Shown: positions 1 to 10,624 of the stretch, one piece after another
Layout of the letters: each line of letters starts with the position of its first letter
Position numbering within the stretch: the first letter of the stretch is position 1
Assembly: GCF_963921235.1 (NCBI RefSeq)
Contig: NC_086108.1
Span: 40,860,001 to 40,924,000, forward strand
Reading direction: 5' to 3'
Length of the DNA: 64,000 nt
Origin: Mobula hypostoma
Taxonomy: Eukaryota
Made by a program: the position numbers and the translations under genes
Notes under the pieces: generated by a model
The model's database searches: none
Seen by the model: only the letters and a program-made list of their open reading frames with translations
Told to the model about the DNA's origin: nothing

Positions 1-2902
1 CAGTCGACATGGTTGAGGTGGGTCACAAAGTCACATTTCTGTGTTGTATGTTTCCATGATTCTGTGATTCTACGTACAATATAAGAAACAACATGCCAAT
101 TGCCAAAAACACCCAAAGATCAGCCAAGTAAAATAAGAGTGGGTTAAAAATATGACTTGAACTGCTGAATTTCTGTGGGATATGTAGAGGGTAACAGGTT
201 GGGATGGGGGGTGACATGACATTTGAATGATGAGTGAGGCTAACCACATCATACACAAGCAAAGAAGCTGTGAGACTAAGATTTTTGCTTTTGGGAGGAT
301 TACTTCGGTATGGTAATCTATTTATACAATAGCATTTCAGATTGCCTGCTTGAATAGTGCAAATGCAGCTTGTGTGGTTTAGGAGGAGGAGGGACTTGAC
401 CTGTAATGGTATTTGAATTAAGTCGCCTAGGTCACCATGCATGTGGGAGGGAGATAAATAAAATAGTACAGAATAGCAACAAGGTCATGGCTGAACTCAA
501 AGTGCAAGCTTCTGTACTCTCAGTCGAGAGTCATGGATAGACAGCAGCCTCATTCTCCAGACTATGCAATCATTGATCAAGGGAGTGTCAGTATGCAGGC
601 ATATCACATTGTGTACTAATGATTATGTTAATTGAATTTTCAATGCTGATCCCACGTAATGCCTTGAATAATTGCTTTTTGAAGTATATGAATATGGCCA
701 TCATTATTTACAAGCGATCCTCAGGAATGAGATAACAAATGAAGTGGAGACCAAGGGTATAATGTTAATCGAAATGCTCAGAGAACTCTCTACTCAACTT
801 CAGTTCCAGCCACAAACTATTTAACTTCTTGGGAACCAAGGGATTAGGCAGATGGCACACTGAGTCAATTGCTTATCCGCAAGATGACCCACGTGACAAT
901 ACAGAAGTCCATTTATGACTGGTTGCAGTGTCAGTCCAGGATTGCACTATCCAATAGATTCATCTGCAAAGGTGTGCAGCTGTACATCCTGGAGCGAAGA
1001 GAACATGTACATAAAATCAGGCATGATCCTTTTAATTTGTATGCACTTCAAGCTGTCAACGAGACTGGATTTTGTTCTAATTTAAGACTAATCTGCCAAG
1101 AGACAGCAGCACTAAAAAAGAACACTTTTTAAATCCCCAGGTCCACAAATCTCTGAATGGCAAGCACGGCAAACAAATGTGGGCAGAATTAGGATTGACG
1201 TTATTGAGCTTAGCTCACTGGATTGTCAGGTTTAAGGGCAGAATGTAGAACAGGTATGCACACCTGACCCAGTAAACCCTCTGTCCTCTGAGCTAGAAGA
1301 GGCAGTGTAGAAATAAACTAACAGAGGGTGAAAGCAAACGAGACAAATAAGGAGGGACCACAAAAAGGAATGTGAAAAAGCAGAGAAAGGCGTTTGTGAG
1401 AAAGAAAGAACATGGATGAGTGGAGCAGAGGCTCCTTAGGGAGCAAGGATGGACAAAAATAAAACATTGCATGTTGCCATCTGTTAAGTATGATTCTCTC
1501 TGGCTTGTTAATAATTGTCCGTAATTCCGCCTGATGCAAAGGAGCCCATATGGAATTGCAGTGTATTATAAGCACACTAAAATGAACCTTGGATACTGTG
1601 GAAGAGTTAATAATATCTACTTACTCTAAGAACTGCATATCAGAGGAACTTTGAACAAGGGTATTTGTTCTAACACTAAGAATGAAGGGTGTGACGATGC
1701 CACTGTGTCTTCCAAACTTTTGAATTATTTGTATAATTATATGCAAATAAACACACTGCTTGTTCCCTTTTAAAAAAGTATGTGAATATACCTTTCAGAG
1801 TTATCCACTGTTTTACAGCACAGTTTTACAGATTCAGTCTGGTTACTAACACTTAGTCCATTCGACCAGCTCAAATGTGTACTTGTCTGATGTGCAACTC
1901 ACAACTTTTCAAGCTAATTCATTACCACTCAGCGACTCTTGAATAATAGTTGACTCTGCCTCTGTCAGGAGTAGATCCATCATCACACATTAATTCACTG
2001 TCCACAGTACATCTCTCACTGTGATTATTTGATCAGCAAGCACAATCCTGACACGATTTCTGATATGAAAGGTCCTGTTTTGATGACATTTTTCCAGGTG
2101 CTGTTGCTAAGACTCTGACTCAGCACAAATTTGAAATGCTTTTCCATTCTCTTTTGTTTCATCTACTGCCTCTAATTGAGGGTGCATCAAACTTAATCAC
2201 ATTCAATAGGGATGATGCATTAACATCTCTGCTGGAGTAGAGCGCAGAAATTTACAGTACTTAAACAAGAAAAAAGCCAATATATGACTCAACTGGAATC
2301 GAAAGGAATATAAAAACGCATGCTTCTTCAAAGCTTCTTTTCATACCTGTACAAATCTCTCTTCTGCAACATTGGAGGTAAGCTGTATAGAAATATCATC
2401 TGATCCTCAGCGCTATTCCTTTACATAAAGTTTTCTCAAAAATCAAATTGAACTGCAGTCTATTGCCAGATACTAACTGAAGATTAACCTTGCTCTTCAG
2501 TGCAATATAAACACTCAGCCAGTCAGGTGGAGAAAGAATAATAAGGTTAAAGCTTTAGTTTGATGATTGGTTCTGATACAGACTTGTTATTGGAAGTGTT
2601 CAATTTATGAAAATTTATTGTGCTGCATTTATTGCAGATGCTGAAGCTCTAAAAGAAAATCCGGAAAATGCTGGAAATATTCATCAAATCAGGCAGCATC
2701 TGTGGAGAGAGGAACAGTTAATGCTTCAAGATTGGGGCCTTCATTCAACGCATGATAAATTCGCTGAAGCATACCTAGTCAGAAAATAAAATACATTCCT
2801 TTTTAAAAATTATGTCAGGCTCCACCACTACCCTCCCCTTTTTGGCAGAATTGGCCCTCACCCTCAACAAATTTTCCTTCAGTTCCTCCCATTTTCTCTA
2901 GA

Positions 2903-3328
2903 TCTCCAACCTGATGGCATGAATATTGATTTCTCCATCCAGTAATTTTTCCCTCCCCCTTCCTTCTTCTTCTATTGCCCACTCTTGCCTCTTACCTCTT
3001 CTCAGCTGCCTATCAACTGCCCTTGAGTCCCTTTCTTCTTACCATTCTCCTATGGTCCACCCTCCTCTCCTAAAATTTTTTTCTTCTGCAGCCCTTTATC
3101 TTTCCAACCCACCTAGCTTCAAACAATCATCTTCCAGATATCCTACTTCCCTGCCCCCCCACCTGTTTATTCTGGCCTCACCCCCCTTCCTTTTCAGTCC
3201 TGAAGAAGGGTTCCAGACCAAAACATCGACTGTTTATTCATTTTCATAGATGCTACCTGACCTGCTGAGTTCCTTTAGCATTTTGTGTGTGATGCTCTGG
3301 ATTTCCAGCATCTGCAGACTTTTTCATA
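2903..3328 (+). mobile_element. Neptune-type Penelope-like element 3' end / solo pseudo-LTR, decayed
   Basis: Starts with the ORF C-terminus (ctccaacctgatggcatgaatattgatttctcc = LQPDGMNIDFS), then a pyrimidine-rich pLTR, a decayed hammerhead (cagtc-ctgaaga...aaaac-atc-gactg, 3195-3232) and ...atttccagcatctgcaga. Homologous to the pLTR at 18895-19341. Confidence 0.8.
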
Positions 3329-3984
3329 TTTATGACTCTACTTCCATATCTGATTTCAATCCACTTTGTGTTATTGAACACAGGGAAATAATTATTGATA
3401 TTTTGATAAAAATAGTCATAGGAATGTTAAGTCAGCCACTTGCATAACTGCTGCAGTGGTGTTGCTTTCCATTTGGGGCAAACAAAAGATATTGATATAA
3501 TTCCTTGCTTCTCCTTGTTAATATACTAACAATTCACAAAACTCTGGAAAATTGCCTTTATTTTGGAAGATCTGTCTATGTCTCGCATGTGGCTTACTTA
3601 ACATCCTTTCCTTGACAGCACTTGGAACTCTATATGCCCACTTCAAAAATCCTTGATTGGCTGCTAATTAATGGTCATGATTATAGACAGATTTTAAACT
3701 TTCACTTAACCACTTGTCCAGCCTAGTCTGTCCTCTCAAAGTGTGTCCAGAGACTAGGTTTAACATCTAATCTTGCTGAGTCACCTGGGAATTCTCAGTG
3801 GCTGTTATCAGAAAACCCTCATTTAAAAGGTGCACAGTGAAAGTGCAACTTCCCCTCCCAATATTCTTTCACTTTTTCATTCTTCACTTCTTACTTGAAA
3901 CTCGTTTATTCTGCATTAATGTTGCACTTGAGACTACCCTCCCATCTGTTGTCCTGTGTTTGAGATTTCTATTCTGAATTATTT

Positions 3985-4270
3985 ATCATATGTACATCAA
4001 ATATACAGTTAAATATAGTATATCATTTGTGTTAACACCCAATAAACCAAAGGATGAGCTGGGAGCAGCCTGCAAGTGCCACACACATTCCAATGCCAAC
4101 ATAGCATGCCCACAATGGTCGGCAGGACAACACAGAACACAACAAAATGGGGCATGACAAGAAATTAAACAACAACTGCAAAAAGAACCCCTTTCCTCCC
4201 TCAACACTGACCCTCCAGTCTCCAGGCTTCGGCAAGCAAGCTTCGACTTCAGGACTTCCAATCGATCTTT
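3985..4270 (-). repeat. Interspersed repeat fragment (probable LINE 3' UTR / SINE), related to 45030-45480
   Basis: Shares the block tacatcaaat...gctgggagcagcc.gcaagtg...cacattc...gccaac.agcatgccca with 45040-45115. Confidence 0.45.
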
Positions 4271-4299
4271 GGGCTTTCATCTTCAGTTTGAACATAGAA

Positions 4300-4790
4300 G
4301 CTATACTCAATGTTCTCTCCTGTGACGCATGTAATATTTCCATAGATAAGGTAGATAGTCAGAGCCTTATCCCTAGGCTGGGCAAGTCTAAAATTAGAGG
4401 GCATAATTTTAAAGTGAGAAAGAAGAAGCTGAAGAGAAGTCTGAAGAATTTGTTTTTCTAACAGAGGGTGGCGGTTATTTGGAACAAGCTACCAGAGGAA
4501 ATGATGGAGGCAGTAATGACAAGTACTTAGATAGGAAATAAACAGAGGGATTTTGGCCCAATATGGCCAAATGGGCCTAATGTGGATAAGCATCACAATC
4601 GGCGTGGATGAAAGACTTGCAGGGCCCATTCGGTGCTGTGTTGCTTCAGAACACTACCTACATAAAATTTTTTTAAAGTTATGTGGTGAATGACAGCAGG
4701 TACAACTGTAACAGTGATTTTAGCTTCAATAGGCATCTTGAGCAACATGGATGAGCTAGTTTGAAGAGCCTGTTTCCATGCTGTATAACC
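4300..4790 (+). mobile_element. Degraded CR1 LINE 3' fragments
   Basis: IDKVDSQSLIPRLGKSKIRGHNFKV resembles the CR1 ORF2 C-terminus (DRVD...TRGH.LK). Followed by 3' UTR-like gggcc...gtgctgt motifs. Confidence 0.65.
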
Positions 4791-4924
4791 CTATGAGTAA
4801 ATGAATTGATAAAAGTTTGCTTTGAAAAATGTTTTGGTGCAGTTCTCAACACATCTGCCTGGAATTCTCCTGGTTTCCCTTTGACCAGATCCCAGGTGTC
4901 TGTACAAAATGCACTTACAGAATA

Positions 4925-5305
4925 TGACAGGTGATTGAAATCTACCAGATTCTGAAAGGCCTGGTTAGAGTGGAATTGGAAAGGATGCTTCATTCGTAGG
5001 AGAGTCTAAGATCTGAGCGCACAGCCTCAGAATAAAGGGTGTCCCTTTAGAAATAAGATGATGAAGAATTTCATCAAAGAAAGTGGCAGATCTGTGGAAT
5101 TCATTTTCACAGAAGGCTGTGGAGATCAAGTTATTGGGTGTGTTTAAGGCAGAGATTGATAGGTTTTTGATTGGCAAAGGTACTAAGGGTTATGGGGAGA
5201 AGGCAAGGGAACGGGATTGAAAATAATCAGCCATGACTGAATGATGGAGCGGTCCCATTGGATCAACTGGCCTAATTCTGCTCCTAAATCATATGGTCTT
5301 ATGAA
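4925..5305 (+). mobile_element. CR1 LINE 3' fragment
   Basis: gattgaaatctaccagattctgaaaggcctgg...cacagcctcagaataaaggg...aaggctgtggag, ending ggcctaattctgctcctaaatcatatggtcttatg (CR1-type 3' tail). Confidence 0.8.
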
Positions 5306-5951
5306 CTTTCAGAGTCTATTTTTTTTCTTTCTTCCCTTGCTTTCTTGGACTATTCACAGGTTTCACAATGTAAGAATGCTCCTCGTGGAGGTAAAACCTC
5401 TAATTTTTAAAAGCTTTTCTGATCCTAGTCACCAGATATTAGGTACTCTAGGGTAGACTTTAGATGCAACTGAGATTCTGGGAAATTCTACCTACGATAA
5501 TAACTGTAGAACACAGGAGCATTGAACAAAGATTGATCACTCTAGTTCTATCAGTAATGATCTTTTTACACATAGCACTATGCTTGATGATGTCACTGTG
5601 GGATATATTTGCATAATTGCATTCAAATTCATCACAGATAGGGTATTGCAACAATATGTTTTATTCAGATACGAGAAACCTATTTCTCAATGCCAACCAA
5701 CTGCTAATGCAAAGCTACTGCCACAAACAGCACTTTAGTCTATTGGTCACACATGTTAGCCTCCAACTTCTAAGCAATTTAAAGGCAACCAACAATTATG
5801 GTATTGGGAAGGGCTTTTACTCACCTCCAAACAACCCAAGATTCACCCTCACAAACCAGTGCAGACCTCCCTCAGTCTACTAGGACATAATGTCCAGGAA
5901 ATTGGTCTTAAGACCAATTTTAGTGTTGCAGCCCATCTTTGCAATAATTAC

Positions 5952-7794
5952 AACAGACACAAAATGCTGGAGGTGCTCTGCAGCATCTATGGAAAAGAGT
6001 GCAGTCAACGTTTCAGGCAGAGACCATTCAGCAGGACAGGAGAGGAAAAGGATGAGCAGCAGAGTTAAAAGGTGGGGCGGGGGATGGAGAAACACAAGGT
6101 GATAGGTGAAACCAGGAGGGAGGGTTTAAGTAAAGAGCTGGGAAGTTGATTGGTGAAAAGGATTGGGGGTTGGAGGAGGGGGAGTCTGATAGGAGAGGGC
6201 AGAAGGCTATGGAAGAAAGAAAAGTTGAGTGGGGGAGCACCAGAGGGAGGCGATGGGCAGGCAGGAGATAAGGTGAGATTGGGAAAGGGGGATGGGGAAT
6301 GATGAAGGAATGGGGAAGGGGTGGCCGTTACCAGAAATTTGAGAAATTGATGTTCATGCCATCAGGTTGGAGGCTGCCCAGATGGAATATAAGGTGTTGT
6401 TCCTCCAACCTGTGTGTTGTCTCATCACGACAGTGGAGGAGGCCATAGATAGACATATCAGAATGGGAGTGGGAAGTGGATTTAAAATGGGTGGCCACTG
6501 GGAGATCCTGCTTGTTCTAGCAGATGGAGCTTAAGTGCTTGGCAAAGTGGTCTTCCCAATCTATGTCGGGTCTCACTGATATACAGGTGGTGATACCGGG
6601 AGCACCGGACACAATATACGACCCAATAGACTCACAGATGAAGTGGCACCTCACCTGAAAGGACGGTTTGGGGCCCTGAATGGTAGTGAGGGAGGTGGTG
6701 TAGGAACAGGTGTGGCACTTGTTCCACTTGCAAGGATAAGTGCCAGGAGGGAGATTAGTGGGGAGGGACGAATGGACAAGGGAGTCACGTAGGGAGCTAT
6801 CCCAGCGGAAAGCAGAAAGTAGGACACATGTGCTAGGTGGTGGCATCCTGTTAGAGATGGTAGAAGTTTCAGAGAATTATGTGCTGGATGCAGAGTCTGG
6901 TGGGTTGGAAGGTGAGGACAAGAGGAACCCTATATCTGGTGGGGTAGTGAGGGGTTTGTGTTGAGAGCAGACGTGCATGAAATGAAAAAGATGCAGTTGA
7001 GGCCAGCATTGATGTTGGAGGAAGAGGAACCCCTTTCTTTGAAGAAGGAGGACAGCTCCTTTGTTCTGGAATGAAAAGCCTCATCCTGAGAGCAGATGCA
7101 GTGGAGATGGAGGAATTGAGAGAAGAGGATGGCATTTTACAAGTAACAGTGTGGGAGGAGGTATAGACCAAGTAGCTGTGAGAGTCCGTGGGTTTATAAT
7201 AGGCATCAGTGGATAAACTGTCACCAGAGATAGAGACAGAGAGATTGAGAAAGGGGAGAGAGGTGTTGGAAATGGACCAGGTAAATTTGAGGGCAGGGTG
7301 GAAGTTGGAGGCAAAGTGGATGAAGTTGATGAGTTCTGCACGGGTTCGGGAAGTAGCAATAATGCAGTGGTCAATATAGCATAGGAAAAGTGCAGGACGG
7401 CCACCAGTACGGGCTTGGAACATAGACTGTTCCACGTAGCTGACAAACAGGCAGGCATAGCTGCGACCCACGCGAGTGCCCATGACTACACCTTTTGTTT
7501 GAAAGAAGTTGAAGGAGCCAAAGGAGAAATTATTAAGAGTGAGGACAAGTTCTGCTAGACAGAGGAGAGTGGTGATGGAGGGAACTGGTTGGGTCTGGTG
7601 TCCAGAAAGAAATGGAGAGCTTTGAGGCCTTCCTGGTGGGGAATGAAGGTGTATAGGGACTGGACATCTATAGTAAAAATAAGATGATGGGGGCCAGGGA
7701 ACTTGAAATTATTGAAAGGATCCAGAGCGTGTGAAATGTCTTGGATATAGGTAGGAAGGGACTGAACTAGGGGGGATAAAACACAGTTGAGGTA
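5952..7794 (-). mobile_element. Neptune-type Penelope-like element, 5'-truncated and degraded (RT, GIY-YIG, pLTR)
   Basis: ORF pieces IFTIDVQSLYTFIPHQEGLKAL, MGTRVGRSYACLFV, YIDHCI, YYKPTDSHSYL and PCKWNKCHTC match the 19558-22662 ORF. pLTR at about 5952-6330. Confidence 0.92.
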
Positions 7795-7819
7795 CTCACC
7801 CCATAGCCCTACTATCCCA

Positions 7820-8983
7820 ACGCATCTGCTCTCAGGATGAGGCTTTTCATTCCAGAGGTATCCTCCCTCTTCAAAGAAAGGGGGTTCTCTCCCTCCACCA
7901 TCAACGCTGCCCTCTTCCATTTCATGCACGTGTGCTCTCACACCTACCACCTGCTACCCCACCAGGGATAGGGTTCCTTCTGTCCTCACTTAGCATTCCA
8001 CTAGCCTCCGTGTCCAGCACATAATTTTCCGCAACTTCTGCTATCTCCAACGGGATCCCACCACTAAGCACATCTTTCCGTCCGTCTTATTTTCTGCTTT
8101 CCACAGGGATCTCTCCCTATGCAACTCCCTTGTCCATTCTCCCTTCCTCTCTGATATCCCTCCTGGCACTTACCTTTGTGAGCAGAACAAGTGCTACACC
8201 TACCCCTACACTTCCTCCCTCACTACCATTCAGAGCCCTAAACAGTTCTTCCAGGTGAGGTGACACTTCACCTGTGAGTCTGATGGGGTCATATACTGCA
8301 TCCAGTGCTTCCGGTGTGGCCTCCTGTATATCAGTGTGACCTGACATAGATTGGCAGACCGCTTTGCTGAGCAGCCACGCTCTGTCCACTAGAAAAAGTG
8401 GGATCTCCCAGTATCCACACATTTTAATTCCACTTCCCATTCCCATTCCCATTCCGATATGTCTATCCATGGCCTCCTCCACCATCATGGGCCAAACTCA
8501 GGTTGGAGGAACAACATCTTATATTCCGTCTGGGTATCCTCCAACCTGTTGGCATGAACATCGATTTCTCAAACTTCCAGTAATGGCCCCTCCCTTTCAT
8601 CATTCCCTATCCCTCTTTCCCTTTCTCATGCTTTCGTCTTGCTTGCCCATCGTCCCCCTTTGGTTCTCCTCCTTTCCTTTTCTTTCTTCCATGGCCTTCT
8701 GTCCTCTCCTATCAGATTCCCCCTTCTCCAGCCCTGTATCAACTTCTCAGCTCTTTATTTCACCCCTCCCTCTCCTGGTTTCTCCTACTATCCCGTGTTT
8801 CTCCCTCCCCCCCTCCCCCCACCACCTTTTAGCTCTAATGCTCATCTTTTTTTCTGGAGTCCCGCTGAAGGGTCTCGGCCCAAAACATCGACTGTTTACT
8901 CTTTTCCATAGATGATGAGTTCCTCCGGCATTTTGTGAGCGTTGCTTGGGTTTCCAGCATCTGCAGATTTTCTCTTGTTTGCG
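7820..8983 (+). mobile_element. Neptune-type Penelope-like element 3' part (thumb, Cys linker, GIY-YIG, pLTR), inverted relative to 5952-7794
   Basis: cgcatctgctctcaggatgaggc (RICSQDEA), PCEQNKCYT, VIYCIQCFRCGLLYI, GMNIDFSNF*, then a pLTR ending ccagcatctgcagattttctcttgtttgcg. Confidence 0.92.
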
Positions 8984-10115
8984 ATTATTGGTTACTTCGC
9001 TCCCCTTGACAATATAGACTGGGTGGTTTTACCTGCAGAGGAATGGACATTATCCAGGAGAGGGCTCCATAAATGGACTACTCCAATAGCAATGGGCTGT
9101 ATGAGGAACGTGCAATATTAAAGAATATATTACAGTCTTGGGTCTTCACACATATCACTCATGCTTCACTCTCATTGTCATAACATTATTGAGTTACCAT
9201 AATTGTGCCAATGGTTTGCAACTTTGGGCCCTCTCTGTTTTTCTCATTACATTTAGTTCGAATTCTAAGCACACAAAGAGCATGTTCATTAAACTGCATC
9301 GTATGCATCTGCTCAGAACACCATGAGAAACGAATGAGACCTTAAATCCTAATAGCTTTGCAGCTGCTCGTAAAATATCATATGCTCACCAAAAGCACAT
9401 TATTGTTCTTCATAGGAAATCAGTTTTGAAAAACAAAGCAGTGCAATCATTGAAAACTTTCAGCAAATAAATCATTCTGTGATGACAAGGTTGCTAATAT
9501 ATATCATGGAAGGATTTGTGAAGCTTTCTATGCACACTTGCCATACTCACAACAGAATGCTTAGAATACCACGGGCATAAAACTTGAACCTCATAATTAT
9601 AAATGCAAGCAAGAAGCCCAACCAATGAAAGCATAGCTATTAAGATTCAAATTCCTGTTTAACACTGGAAGGCCTTTAAACAGTAGAATCAAGTAGCAAG
9701 AAGGAGCTCGTTCTATCTCACGCAGATCTTCCAAGGATGCATTAGTTACACTTTGCATCGCTTTTCCCAAGACCTTCATGCTTTTTTCTTAATCAATTAT
9801 CCTGCCCTATTTGAAAGTACACTCGGTGACTGGTTTATTAGGTACGTCTGAACTCCTTCTCGATGGTGCAACTATCTAATAAGTCAATCACGTGGCTGCA
9901 GCTCAACACATTAAAGCATGCAGACATGGTGAAGCGGTTCAATTGTTTATCAGACCAAACATCAGAATGGAAAAGAAATATCACCTAAGTGACTCAAACT
10001 GTGGAGTGATTGTTGGTGCCAGATAGGGTGTTTTGAGTGTCTGAGAAAATGGTGACCTCCTAGGGTTTACACACACAACGGCATTGGATACTGTTGAGGG
10101 GGGACAAAGAGGAGA

Positions 10116-10622
10116 GTGGTAGTGATAGGGGACTCGATAGTTAGAGGTGCATATAGGAGGTTCTGTGGGCGTGACAGAGAATCCAGGATGGTTTGTTGCC
10201 TCCCAAGTGCCAGGGTCAAGGATGTCTCTGATCGATTGCATGACATTCTGAAGTGGGAGGGTGACCAGCCAGATGTCGTGGCGCACATCAGTACCAATGA
10301 CATAGCAAGGAAGAGTGAAGAGGTCCTGGACAGTGAGTATAGAGAGCTTGGTAGGAAGTTGAAAAGCAGGATCTCGAGGGTGGTAATCTCAGGATTGCTA
10401 CCTGTGCTAGGTGCCAGTGAGGGTAGGAATAGGATGCTCTGGAGGAGGAACAAGTGGCTGAGGAACTGGTGTAGGGGGCAGGGTTTCAGATTTCAGGATC
10501 ATTGGGACCTCTTCTGGGGCAGGTGGGACCTGTACAAGAGAGACGGGTTACACTTGAACCACAAGGGGACCAATATCCTTTCAGGGAGGTTTGTTAGTGC
10601 TATTGGGGAGGCTTTAAACTAG
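10116..10622 (+). CDS. CR1 ORF1 C-terminal SGNH/GDSL esterase domain (5'-truncated)
   Basis: VVIGDSIVRG (block I), HISTND (block III), RDGLHLN (block V). Stop TAG at 10620-10622. Confidence 0.9.
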   Translation: MVVIGDSIVRGAYRRFCGRDRESRMVCCLPSARVKDVSDRLHDILKWEGDQPDVVAHISTNDIARKSEEVLDSEYRELGRKLKSRISRVVISGLLPVLGASEGRNRMLWRRNKWLRNWCRGQGFRFQDHWDLFWGRWDLYKRDGLHLNHKGTNILSGRFVSAIGEALN

Positions 10623-10624
10623 AT

